From Pecten maximus (Eukaryota), in assembly GCF_902652985.1 (NCBI RefSeq), contig NC_047032.1, forward strand, positions 12,462,001-12,526,000: a DNA stretch of 64,000 bases, written 5' to 3'. This document shows, one piece after another, positions 24,233-37,300 of the stretch; the first letter of the stretch is position 1, and the number at the start of each line of letters is the position of its first letter. Position numbers and translations under genes: made by a program. The notes under the pieces are model-generated. The model worked only from the letters and a program-made list of their open reading frames with translations, did not search any database and was not told the origin of the DNA.

Positions 24233-25330
24233 CTTGTTTTGCATGTAATGCAATGTCATATTAACATTGAACAATTGATTTTCTTTGTGGACTTTGAGAA
24301 CTGTTTGCTGGTACATTCTGTAGAGATGCTTGGCTTTCTAACTCTTCAGTCCTTAGTTAGATTATGTATTTACAGATACACGGTCGTCCATAACAAAAAT
24401 ATTAACTCTTTTGACTTACTGAAAAAATTATATAAGAGAGTCAGAAATTTCACTTTGCCATTCCTTGAAGAGGGGGTCAAGAGAGTGACAGATTTTCCAA
24501 AATATTCCAAAAATGCTTAAAGAATGTTTTTTAAAAGATATACCATAGCATTATACTCCATGAATTATCCAATCAAAAAATATTTATTCTATTAAAGGGA
24601 CTAAATGATTAGATTTTCACTTAAATAACATATAAAAAAGTGTTTACGATTTAAAATTATGTAAAAAGTTATGCACTTTATTTTAATTATAAATTTTTAA
24701 AGTGTAAAATTATGTAAAAAGTATGCTCTCAATTTAACAAAATTTCTAAAAAGACATGATATTGCAAAAATGTTGCATGTTGAGGATTTCTATAACGCCA
24801 ACATCAAGTATTGATTAAAGCATTATCATAACCAGTTCTAGAAAAAAAATTTGCCAAATTTCAAAACATTTTCTGCCAGGTGTATAGGAACTTATGGATA
24901 GTAGTGTACATATGGTTTAAAATTGTCTTTCCCGACACTAGTGCTATCTGCTATATTTATCTTTTGTGTCACAGGGAATTGAAAGAGGTCCCTATACCAT
25001 ACTATACATGTATGTACATATGTATGAACAATGAGATCGAAAATTTATGCCAATTATTAAGTCTCAAAGGTTTAGAATTTTACTTAAAGTTCTATAATTT
25101 ATTAAGTGTATTTTGATTAATTTTATTTTTCCTAGCTTTATTCATTTTTTGTTTTACCAAAAATGAAAGTTAGTTTATTGCAGTTTTCAAGGTCTAATCA
25201 CCTTGCTTAAGTGACCATGTATTGTTTTCATTCATAGAGAGTTAAAATTTTAAAATGATATAATATACATTGTATATAATAAGGAATTTTATTAAAATCA
25301 TCATTATTAATTTCTAACCAAGTGTTAATT

Positions 25331-26170
25331 TTAGCCCACCATCTGTTGATGGTGGGCTATTCAAATCACCTTGCGTCCGTGGTCCGTGGTCCGTCCGTCC
25401 ATAAGCAATTCTTGTTAGTGCTATTTCCAAGAAAGTACTTAGGGGATCTTTCTGAAATTTTATTTGTATGTTGCCCTTGGTCCCTTGTTATGCATATTGC
25501 ATTTTGGGACCAATCGGAAAACAACATGGCCGACAGGCAGCCATCTTGAATTTTGACAATTGAAGTTTGTTATCGCTATTTCTCAGAAAGAACTGAAGGG
25601 ATCTTTCTGAAATTTCATATGTAGGTTGCCCTTGGTCCCTAGTTATGCATATCATTTTGGGACCAGTCAGAAAACAACATGACCGACAGGCAGCCATCTT
25701 GGATTTTGACAATTGGAAGATTGATATCGCTATTTCTCAGAATGTACTGATGGGATCTTTCAGATATTTCATATGTAGGTTCCCCTTGGTCCGTAGTTAT
25801 GCATATTTCATTTTGGGACCAATCGGAAAACAACATGGCCGACAGGCAGCCATCTTGGATTTTGACAATAATTTGTTATCGCTATTTCTCAGAAAGTACT
25901 GAAGGGATCTTTCTCAAATTTCATATGTAGATCCCCTTGTCCCTTTTATTGCATTTTGGGACCAATCTAAAAAAGCATGGCGGACAGACAGCCATTATCG
26001 CTAAATCTCAAATTTCATATATAGGTTTCCCTTGTTTGAAAAGTACTGGAGGGATGTTTCTCAATTTACACAGATTAGTAAGAGGAAGGGAAAATAGAGA
26101 GGAGATCAATCTGACATGGAATCTATAAAGATCATTTAATGGTGGGCGCCAAGATCCCTGGGATCTGTTA
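25331..26170 (+). mobile_element. HINE-type element (second family, ~150-bp array)
   Basis: TTTTAGCCCACCATC...GATGGTGGGCTA, (GTCC)n, CCGACAGGCAGCCATCTT units, 3' ATGGTGGGCG plus hairpin AGATCCC/GGGATCT. Confidence 0.85.
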
Positions 26171-26809
26171 TTTTAAACTGCTATTTCCTAGATATAACTT
26201 ATAACATCTATCTTGAAAACACGTTTTGAGAAAACTGACCTTTTATGTGACTCGAAAAGGATGTGAACTGTCCTTTGTGTGACACAAAAAGGATGTCAAC
26301 TGTCCTTTAATTGTGTCACTCAAAAAGATGGTAGAGTTTACCGTTTACTAGGAGTAACGGCATGAAGAGCCATTCTAGGGAATGCAAGATAGTATAAGGG
26401 AGTGGTGGAAGATATTATGACCAGAGGGATGGACGGTTTTTGCCTATCCTGTGGAGATTGGTGACTGGTATTACGTTAATAAACTTAAAAATGTTTATCC
26501 GTTTGGGGATATAAAACAACTTTTAACATACCAAGACAATTAATTGTCTTTATAAACAAAGTGCATTTTTATCTCGCCTGTGACAAAGTCACGAAACGAG
26601 ACTGTGGTGTTTTTTTTCCGTGGCGACAGCGTCGTCAACATTCCACTTTAATGTTTTGCGTTTGGATCCGTTGCTCAAAATATATATGTCTTACTTAAAC
26701 CATACCTGGTATATATTAAGTTAGATAACAAAGCGGACATCTCAACACAATAATTTTCCGGGGTAAGGGCCAATAAACAAACATCGAAATCATGCTCCAT
26801 CGCCCTCAA

Positions 26810-29185
26810 GAGCAACAAAGCGACCGTCAGAGGAGCGAAAATGCGATAGAGACAGACCGAGGCAGTGACAACGCGATGGCGACAGACTGAGGGAGCGACA
26901 ATGCGATGGCGACAGAACGAGGTAACAAACGCGATGACGACAGACCGAAGGAGTGACAACGTAATGGCGATAGACAGTGGGAGCGACAGACTAAGGGAGC
27001 AACAACATGATGCAACAGACTGAAGGAGCGACAATGCTATTGCGACAGACCGAAGGAGCAACGTGATGATAACAGAACGAGGGAGCCACAATGTGATGGC
27101 GACAGACCAAGGGAGTAAATGCGATGAAGATAGACTGAGGGAGTGACAACGCAATGACGACAGACCAAAGGAGTGACAACGTGATGGTGTCAGACAGAGG
27201 GAGCAACAGACTGAGGGAGCATCAACACGATGGCAACAGATCGAAGGAGCGACAGCGTGATGGCGACAGACTGAAGGAGCGACAATGCGTTAGCAACAGA
27301 CCAAGGGAGCAACAACGCGATGGCAACTGGCCGAATGAGCGCGACGTGATGGCAACAGAACAAGGGAGCCACAATGTGATGGCGACAGACCAAGGGAGTA
27401 AATGCGATGAAGATAGACTGAGGGAGTGACAACGCAATGACGACAGACTGAGGGAGCGACAATGCGATGGGGACAGAACGAGGTAACAAACGCGATGACG
27501 ACAGACCGAAGGAGTGACAACGTAATGGCGATAGACAGTGGGAGCGACAGACTAAGGGAGCAACAACATGATGCAACAGACTGAAGGAGCGACAATGCAA
27601 TTGCGACAGACCGAAGGAGCAACAACGCGATGACGCCTGACCGAAGAAGCGCAACGTGATGATAACAGAACGAGGGAGCCACAATGTGATGGCAACAGAC
27701 CAAGGGAGTAAATGCGATGAAGATAGACTGAGGGAGTGACAACGCAATGACGACAGACCAAAGGAGTGACAATGTGATGGTGTCAGACAGAGGGAGCAAC
27801 AGACTGAGGGAGCATCAACACGATGGCAACAGATCGAAGGAGCGACAGCGTGATGGCGACAGACTGAAGGAGCGACAATGCGTTAGCAACAGACCAAGGG
27901 AGCAACAACGCGATGGCAACTGGCCGAATGAGCGCGACGTGATGGCAACAGAACAAGGGAGCCACAATGTGATGGCGACAGACCAAGGGAGTAAATGCGA
28001 TGAAGATAGACTGAGGGAGTGACAACGCAATGACGACAGACCAAAGGAGTGACAACGTGATGGTGTCAGACAGAGGGAGCAACAGACTGAGGGAGCATCA
28101 ACACGATGGCAACAGATCGAAGGAGCGACAGCGTGATGGCGACAGACTGAAGGAGCGACAATGCGTTAGCAACAGACCAAGGGAGCAACAACGCGATGGC
28201 AACTGGCCGAATGAGCGCGACGTGATGGCAACAGAACAAGGGAGCCACAATGTGATGGCGACAGACCAAGGGAGTAAATGCGATGAAGATAGACTGAGGG
28301 AGTGACAACGCAATGACGACAGACTGAGGGAGCGACAATGCGATGGGGACAGAACGAGGTAACAAACGCGATGACGACAGACCGAAGGAGTGACAACGTA
28401 ATGGCGATAGACAGTGGGAGCGACAGACTAAGGGAGCAACAACATGATGCAACAGACTGAAGGAGCGACAATGCTATTGCGACAGACCGAAGGAGCAACA
28501 ACGCGATGACGCCTGACCGAAGAAGCGCAACGTGATGATAACAGAACGAGGGAGCCACAATGTGATGGCGACAGACCAAGGGAGTAAATGCGATGAAGAT
28601 AGACTGAGGGAGTGACAACGCAATGACGACAGACCAAAGGAGTGACAATGTGATGGTGTCAGACAGAGGGAGCAACAGACTGAGGGAGCATCAACACGAT
28701 GGCAACAGATCGAAGGAGCGACAGCGTGATGGCGACAGGCTGAAGGAGCGACAATGCGTTAGCAACAGACCAAGGGAGCAACAACGCGATGGCAACTGGC
28801 CGAATGAGCGCGACGTGATGGCAACAGAACAAGGTAGCCACAATGTGATGGCGACAGACCAAGGGAGTAAATGCGATGATGATAGACTGAGGGAGTGACA
28901 ACGCAATGACGACAGACCGAGTGACAACACAATGACGACAGACTTAGGGGGCGACAAAGTGATGGCGACAGACCAAGGGAGCGACAACACGATGGCGACA
29001 GACTGAAGGAGTGACTATGCGATTGCGACAGACTGAAAACGCGACAATGTGATTGCGACAAACCGAAGGAGCGACAATGCGATGACGTCAGAACAAGGGA
29101 GTGACAACACGAAAGCGGCTAAGTGAGGGAGCAACTACCAAGCGATAGTGACAGAGAGAAGGGACGTCAATGTGATGGCGATATG
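26810..29185. repeat. ~30-bp satellite (GACAGACTGAGGGAGCGACAATGCGATGGC) with 283/593/876-bp higher-order blocks
   Basis: Diverged 30-mers; near-identical ORFs recur at 27154, 27747, 28030 and 28623. Confidence 0.93.
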
Positions 29186-32100
29186 ATGGTCTTTATTGGA
29201 CATGTGCAGAAGGCAATAGTGTCTTATATGGTATATGAGGAGGGCATTGTGGTCCTTTTGAGTATGTGGGAAATGGCACGAGTCTTATTGGGCATATGAG
29301 GGCGAGCACTAGGGTTTTATTGGATATATTGGGGAGATAACCAGGGATTTACTCGGTATATAGGGAGAGCACTAGGGTCTTATGGGGTATAGGAGAGAGT
29401 GCAATAGAGTCCTATTGAGTATATGGAGAGGGAAGGGTCATGTATATGGGGAGGAACTATAGGGTCTTATTGGGTATATGGGGAGGAACTATAGTGTCTT
29501 ATTGGGTATATGGGGGGGGGGGGGGCAGTATGGTCTTATTGGGTATATGGGGAGGAACTATAGTGTCTTATTGGGTATATGGGGAGGAACTATAGTGTCT
29601 TATTGGGTATATGGGGGGGGGCAGTATGGTCTTATTGGGTATATGGGGAGGAACTATAGTGTCTTATTGGGTATATGGGGAGGAACTATAGTGTCTTATT
29701 GGGTATATGGGGGGGGGGCAGTATGGTCTTATTGGGTATATGGGGGGGGGGGCAGTATGGTCTTATTGGGTATATGGGGAGGAACTATAGTGTCGTATTG
29801 GGTATATGGGGGCAGTTAGGTCTTATTGAGTATATGGGGAGGAACTATAGTGTCTTATTGGGTATATGGGGAGGGCAGTATTGTCTTATTGGGTATATGG
29901 GGAGGAACTATAGTGTCGTATTGGGTATATGGGGGCAGTTAGGTCTTATTGAGTATATGGGGAGGAACTATAGTGTCTTATTGGGTATATGGGGAGGGCA
30001 GTATTGTCTTATTGGGTATATGGGGAGGAACTATAGTGTCGTATTGGGTATATGGGGGCAGTTAGGTCTTATTGAGTATATGGGGAGGAACTATAGTGTC
30101 TTATTGGGTATATGGGGAGGAACTATAGTGTCTTATTGGGTATATGGGGAGGAACTATAGTGTCTTATTGGGTATATGGGGGGACAGTAAGGTCTTATTG
30201 GGTATATGGGGAGGGAACTATAGGGTCTTATTGGGTATATGGGGAGGGCAGTATGGTCTTATTGGGTATATGGGGAGGAACTATAGTGTCTTATTGGGTA
30301 TATGGGGGGACAGTAAGGTCTTATTGGGTATATGGGGAGGGAACTATAGGGTCTTATTGGGTATATGGGGAGGGCAGTATGGTCTTATTGGGTATATGGG
30401 GAGGAACTATAGTGTCTTATTGGGTATATAGGGGGCAGTTAGGTCTTATTGGGTATATGGGGAGGAACTATAGTGTCTTATTGGGTATATGGGGAGGGAA
30501 CTATAGGGTCTTATTGGGTATATGGGGGGACAGTAAGGTCTTATTGGGTATATGGGGAGGGAACTATAGGGTCTTATTGTGTATATTGGGGGCAGTTAGG
30601 TCTTATTGGGTATATGGGGGGGGGGCAGTATGGTCTTATTTGGTATATGGGGGGGGGGCAGTATGGTCTTATTGGGTATATGGGGAGGAACTATAGTGTC
30701 TTATTGGGTATATGGGGAGGAACTATAGTGTCTTATTGGGTATATTGGGGGACAGTAAGGTCTTATTGGGTATATGGGGAGGGAACTATAGGGTCTTATT
30801 GGGTATATGGGGGGCAGTTAAGTCTTATTGGGTATATGGGGGGAACTATAGTGTCTTATTGGGTATATGGGGGGGCAGTATGGTCTTAGTCGGTATATGG
30901 GGGGCAGTATTGTCTTATTGGGTATGGGGGGGGCAGTATGATCTTATTGGGTATATGGGGGAGGGCAGTATGGTCTTATTGGGTATATGGGGGAGGGCAG
31001 TATGGTCTTATTGGGTATATGGGGAGGGCAGTATGGTCTTATTGGGTATATGGGGAGGGCAGTATGGTCTTATTGGGTATATGGGGGGCAGTATGGTCTT
31101 ATTGGGTATATGGGGAGGAACTATAGGGTCTTATTGGGTATATGGGGGGGGGGGGCAGTATGGTCTTATTGGGTATATGGGGAGGGCAGTATGGTCTTAT
31201 TGGGTATATGGGGGACAGTATGGTCTTATTGGGTATATGGGGAGGGCAGTATTGTCTTATTGGGTATATGGGGAGGAGGGCAGTATGGTCTTATTGGGTA
31301 TGGGGAGGGCAGTATGGTCTTATTGGGTATATGGGGGGGCAGTATGGTCTTATTGGGTATATGGGGAGGAACTATAGGGTCTTATTGGGTATATGGGGGG
31401 GCAGTATGGTCTTATTGGGTATATGGGGAGGGCAGTATGGTCTTATTGGGTATATAGGAGACAGTATGGTCTTATTGGGTATGGGTATATGGGGGGGGGG
31501 GGGCAGTATGGTGTTATTGGGTATATGGGGGGGGAATTATAGGGTCTTATTGGGTATATGGGGAGGGCAGTATTGTCTTATTGGGTATATGGGGAGGGCA
31601 GTATTGTCTTATTGGGTATATGGGGAGGAGGGCAGTATGGTCTTATTGGGTATGGGGAGGGCTGTATGGTCTTATTGGGTATATGGGGAGGAACTATAGG
31701 GTCTTATTGGGTATATGGGGGACAGTAAGGTCTTATTGGGTATATGGGGAGGGAACTATAGGGTCTTATTGGGTATATGGGGAGGGCAGTATTGTCTTAT
31801 TGGGTATATGGGGAGGAACTATAGGGTCTTATTGGGTATATGGGGGACAGTAAGGTCTTATTGGGTATATGGGGAGGGAACTATAGGGTCTTATTGGGTA
31901 TATGGGGAGGGCAGTATTGTCTTATTGGTATATGGGGAGGGCAGTATTGTCTTATTGGGTATATGGGGAGGAGGGCAGTATGGTCTTATTGGGTATGGGG
32001 AGGGCTGTATGGTCTTATTGGGTATATGGGGAGGAACTATAGGGTCTTATTGGGTATATGGGGGACAGTAAGGTCTTATTGGGTATATGGGGAGGGAACT

Positions 32101-32826
32101 ATAGGGTCTTATTGGGTATATGGGGAGGGCAGTATTGTCTTATTGGGTATATGGGGAGGAACTATAGGGTCTTATTGGGTATATGGGGGACAGTAAGGTC
32201 TTATTGGGTATATGGGGAGGGAACTATAGGGTCTTATTGGGTATATGGGGAGGGCAGTATTGTCTTATTGGGTATATGGGGAGGGCAGTATTGTCTTATT
32301 GGGTATATGGGGAGGAGGGCAGTATGGTCTTATTGGGTATGGGGAGGGCTGTATGGTCTTATTGGGTATATGGGGAGGAACTATAGGGTCTTATTGGGTA
32401 TATGGGGGACAGTAAGGTCTTATTGGGTATATGGGGAGGGAACTATAGGGTCTTATTGGGTATATGGGGAGGGCAGTATTGTCTTATTGGGTATATGGGG
32501 AGGAACTATAGGGTCTTATTGGGTATATGGGGGACAGTAAGGTCTTATTGGGTATATGGGGAGGGAACTATAGGGTCTTATTGGGTATATGGGGAGGGCA
32601 GTATTGTCTTATTGGGTATATGGGGAGGAGGGCAGTATGGTCTTATTGGGTATGGGGAGGGCAGTATGGTCTTATTGGGTATATGGGGAGGAAGTATAGG
32701 GTCTTATTGGGTATATGGGGGGGGGGACAGTATGGTCTTATTGGGTATATGGGGAGGGAACTATAGGGTCTTATTGGGTATATGGGGAGGGAACTATATG
32801 GTCTTATTGGTTATATGGCGAGGGCA
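29186..32826. repeat. 31-33-bp G-rich satellite (GGTCTTATTGGGTATATGGGGAGGGCAGTAT), over 100 copies
   Basis: Periodicity read directly; variable G-run lengths; degenerate units at 29186-29450. Confidence 0.95.
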
Positions 32827-33016
32827 ATATCATTTGCAACAAAAACCTCATTTGTATACCCCAGTGCCCTCCTACTCAATGAAACCCTTAAACCGTATAT
32901 CGTAACGTGTTACATCAACAATAAGATAGTGTGTTATGTGTGTACGAACGCTATGGACTGCCATATCTTAAACAACGTGACTAAGTTCTCGGAACTATCT
33001 TCCAAATCATGCTTCT

Positions 33017-33090
33017 ATTGCGTAATGAATTTTGACGTCACTCGGCAATTATCACGAATGTATGGATTATGTCATCCCTCCTTTATAAGT
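33017..33090 (+). promoter_or_regulatory. Candidate proximal promoter of the temptin-like gene: C/EBP-type ATTGCGTAAT, CRE TGACGTCA, TATA-like TTTATAAG
   Basis: ATTGCGTAAT at 33017-33026, TGACGTCA at 33033-33040, TATAAG at 33084-33089; the ATG is at 33148. Confidence 0.5.
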
Positions 33091-33147
33091 TCACTACATG
33101 GCGATAGGTGACAATATTTAAACGTATAATAGCTCCATACGGACGAC

Positions 33148-33330
33148 ATGATATTTCGGGCAGTATTACTTTGTGTTGTGTTAGGAGTATCCATCGCCTT
33201 CCCGGGGTACCAGCAATACGTTCCTAACGGCCGAAATGTCCCTAACCCGTGCCCTGGTGGAAAACGGACGTGGGCGGGTGTTGGGCACTACGACTCGCAT
33301 GGAGCAGGTGCCAGGAATTTGTTTGGATTG
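33148..33330 (+). CDS. Temptin-like secreted protein, exon 1 (signal peptide, then FPGYQQYVPNGRNVPNPC...WAGVGH...RNLFGL)
   Basis: Hydrophobic leader of about 17 aa; PNG..VP.PC, GVGH and N.FG motifs of Aplysia temptin; GTTAGT donor, phase 0. Confidence 0.9.
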
Positions 33331-33337
33331 GTTAGTA

Positions 33338-33555
33338 TTTGTTTGTTTTTGTTTAACGTCCTATTAACAGCCAGGGTCATTTAAGGACGTGCCAGGTTTT
33401 GGAGGTGGAGGAAAGCCGGTGTACCCGGAGAAAAACCATCGGCCTACAGTCAGTACCTGGCAACTGCCCCACGTAGGTTTCGAACTCGCAACCCAGAGGT
33501 GGAGGGCTAGTGTTAAAGTGTCGGGACACCTTAACCACTCGGCCACCGCGGCCCC
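33338..33555 (-). mobile_element. Full-length V-domain SINE inserted at the exon-1 splice donor
   Basis: Reverse complement of the SINE consensus; perfect 13-bp TSD GGATTGGTTAGTA at 33325-33337 and 33556-33568. Confidence 0.93.
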
Positions 33556-34371
33556 GGATTGGTTAGTAAATGAATGAAAATGGTCTGCACAAGTAAGAAT
33601 TTCATTAGATTTTTCGCCTTGGGGGAAGTGTTTGTTGTTTTTGTTTTTTGGGGGTTTTTTTTCCCCTCCTTCATTAGATATTTTTTGTTTGTTTTGGGGC
33701 GGGGCGCGGGGGTACGAAAATTGTACAGCAAAATAAAGCATCAACTTATTACTATTAGCAGGAGTAGGGGGCTAGGGGCTATTTTTTTTTTTTTTTTTTT
33801 TTTTGCTATAAATAATAACCAGATGCAGACGCCCGTGTTGAAAGTGTGGCAACAGATTTAAATGTCATTATAAAGAGTTCTTCTAAGGTACAGAACAGCT
33901 ACACAGTTTGTAACTTATACTAAATTAACAATTGGACACCACCAAATCGGGAAAGTAATAATTAGATATAGAGGGGGACTTTGATCGGGATACAATTTAT
34001 TATTTAAATTTATTCACGTTCAATTTAAATTTTAAAAAAGAAAGTCAAACTTTTGGAGGATAGTAGATGCGTAAAGTATTCATGAATTGCAAAATATAAC
34101 ACTACAGTTCGTTGTAACACTCGGATATTGTCTAAGATAATCAGGACATGAACTCCGCAGGACGAGATGCGACCATCGTCTTCGCTGCAAAAAAACAACA
34201 ACAAAAAAACAGCAAAAAAGATAATGTTGATTAAAAGTTGTTTGAAATATTTTTTTTTTCTTCTTTAAATCGCGTTTCATGGTTCATTATTTCGTTCCGG
34301 TTCCGATGAGACGATGCAATATGTTAAATGGGGCGAAAAACAATGCAGTATCATGTTAATTAAGTTGGTCG

Positions 34372-37300
34372 AAAAGACGATGTAGTATGTTTAGTGGAGT
34401 AAAAAGACGATGTAGTATGTTTAGTGGAGTAAAAGACGATGTAGTATGTTAAGTGGAGTAAAAAGACGATGTAGTATGTTAAGTGGAGTAAAAGACGATG
34501 TAGTATGTTAAGTGGAGTAAAAAGACGATGTAGTATGTTAAGTGGAGTAAAAAGACGATGTAGTATGTTAAGTGGAGTAAAAAGACGATGTAGTATGTTT
34601 AGTGGAGTAAAAGACGATGTAGTATGTTAAGTGGAGTAAAAAGACGATGTAGTATGTTTAGTGGAGTAAAAGACGATGTAGTATGTTAAGTGGAGTAAAA
34701 AAACGATGTAGTATGTTTAGTGGAGTAAAAAGACGACGTAGTATGTTAAGTGGAGTAAAAAGACGATGTAGTATGTTAAGTGGAGTAAAAAGACGACGTA
34801 GTATGTTAGTGGAGTAAAAAGACGACGTAGTATGTTAAGTGGAGTAAAAAGACGATGTAGTATGTTAAGTGGAGTAAAAAGACGACGTAGTATGTTAAGT
34901 GGAGTAAAAGACGATGTAGCATGTTTAGTGGAGTAACAAAACGATGTAGTATGTTAAGTGGAGTAAAAAGACGATGTTGTATGTTTAGTGGAGTAAAAAA
35001 ACGATGTAGTATGTTTAGTGGAGTAAAAGACGATGTTTTGTAGTATGTTAAGTGGAGTAAAAGACGACGTGTAGTATGTTTAGTGGAGTAAAAAAGACGA
35101 TGGTAGTTGTTAGTGAGTAAAAAGTTGTGTATGTTAAGTGGAGTGTAAAAAAGACGACGTAGTATGTTAAGTGGAGTAAAAAGACGATGTAGTATGTTAA
35201 GTGGAGTAAAAAAGACGATGTAGTATGTTAAGTGGAGTAAAAAGACGATGGTAGTTAGTTGTTAAGTGGAGTTAAAAAGACGATGTAGTTATGTAGTGGA
35301 GTAAAGACGAGTGTAGAGTAGTGAGTAAAAGACGATGTATGTTAGTGGAGTTAAAGAGTGTAGTATGTAAGTGGAGTAAAAGACGATTTGTAGCATGTTT
35401 AGTGGAGTAAAAGACGACGTAGTATGTTAAGTGGAGTAAAAAGACGATGTAGTATGTTAAGTGGAGTAAAAAGACGATGTAGTATGTTTAGTGGAGTAAA
35501 AAGACGATGTAGTATGTTAAGTGGAGTAAAAGACGATGTAGTATGTTTAGTGGAGTAAAAGACGACGTAGTATGTTTAGTGGAGTAAAAGACGATGTAGT
35601 ATGTTAAGTGGAGTAAAAAGACGATGTAGTATGTTAAGTGGAGTAAAAAGACGATGTAGTATGTTAAGTGGAGTAAAAAGACGATGTAGTATGTTTAGTG
35701 GAGTAAAAAGACGATGTAGTATGTTTAAGTGGAGTAAAAAGACGACGTAGTATGTTAAGTGGGGTAAAAAGACGATGTAGTATGTTAAGTGGAGTAAAAG
35801 ACGATGTAGTATGTTAAGTGGGCGAAAAGAAGATGTAGTATGTTAAGTGGAGTTAAAGACGATGTAGTATGTTAAGTGGAGTAAAAGACGACGTAGTATG
35901 TTTAGTGGAGTAAAAGACGATGTAGTATGTTAAGTGGAGTAAAAAGACGATGTAGTATGTTAAGTGGAGTAAAAGACGATGTAGTATGTTAAGTGGAGTA
36001 AAAAGACGATGTAGTATGTTTAGTGGAGTAAAAAGACGACATAGTATGTTAAGTGGAGTAAAAGACGATGTAGTATGTTAAGTGGAGTAAAAAGACGATG
36101 TAGTATGTTAAGTGGAGTAAAAAGACGACGTAGTATGTTTAGTGGAGTAAAAGACGATGTAGTATGTTAAGTGGAGTAAAAAGACGACGTAGTATGTTTA
36201 AGTGGAGTAAAAGACGATGTAGTATGTTTAGTGGAGTAAAAAGACGATGTAGTATGTTAAGTGGAGTAAAAGACGATGTAGTATGTTAGTGGAGTAAAAG
36301 ACGATGTAGTATGTTAAGTGGAGTAAAAGACGACGTAGTATGTTTAGTGGAGTAAAAAGACGATGTAGTATGTTAAGTGGAGTAAAAAGACGACGTAGTA
36401 TGTTAGTGGAGTAAAAAGACGACGTAGTATGTTAAGTGGAGTAAAAAGACGATGTAGTATGTTAAGTGGAGTAAAAGACGATGTAGTATGTTAAGTGGAG
36501 TAAAAGACGATGTAGTATGTTAAGTGGAGTAAAAAGACGACGTAGTATGTTTAGTGGAGTAAAAAGACGACGTAGTATGTTAAGTGGAGTAAAAGACGAT
36601 GTAGTATGTTAAGTGGAGTAAAAGACGATGTAGTATGTTAAGTGGAGTAAAAGACGATGTAGTATGTTAAGTGGAGTAAAAGACGACGTAGTATGTTTAG
36701 TAGAGTAAAAGACGATGTAGTATGTTAAGTGGAGTAAAAAGACGATGTAGTATGTTAAGTGGAGTAAAAAGACGATGTAGTATGTTAAGTGGAGTAAAAA
36801 GACGATGTAGTATGTTAAGTGGAGTTAAAGACGATGTAGTATGTTAAGTGGAGTAAAAAGACGATGTAGTATGTTAAGTGGAGTAAAAGACGATGTAGTA
36901 TGTTTAGTGGAGTAAAAAGACGATGTAGTATGTTTAGTGGGAGGAAAAGACGATGTAGTATGTTTAGTGGAGTAAAAAGACGATGAAGTATGTTTAGTGG
37001 AGTAAAAGACGATGTAGTATGTTAAGTAGAGTAAAAAGACGATGTAGTATGTTAAGTGGAGTAAAAAGACGATGTAGTATGTTAGGTGGAGTAAAAGACG
37101 ATGTAGTATGTTAAGTGGAGTAAAAGACGACGTAGTATGTTTAGTGGAGTAAAAAGACGATGTAGTATGTTAAGTGGAGTAAAAAGACGACGTAGTATGT
37201 TAAGTGGAGTAAAAAGACGATGTAGTATGTTAAGTAGAGTAAAAGACGATGTAGTGTGTTTAGTGGAGTAAAAGACGATGTAGTATATTTAGTGGAGTAA

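Noticed and set aside
24596-26306. Kolobok-like element enclosing the 25331 HINE (TTAAAGGGAC ... GTCCTTTAA)
   Set aside because: The TIR match is too short to support over 1.7 kb of AT-rich DNA.
29478-32905. Long Gly/Tyr-rich ORFs resembling shell-matrix or cuticle proteins
   Set aside because: They are translations of a 31-33-bp satellite; variable G-runs shift frame constantly, the same peptides appear in all three frames, and there is no signal peptide or splice structure.
35030-35400. Locally scrambled satellite units as a biological sub-domain
   Set aside because: The dense small indels look like low-quality long-read consensus; this cannot be told apart without the reads.
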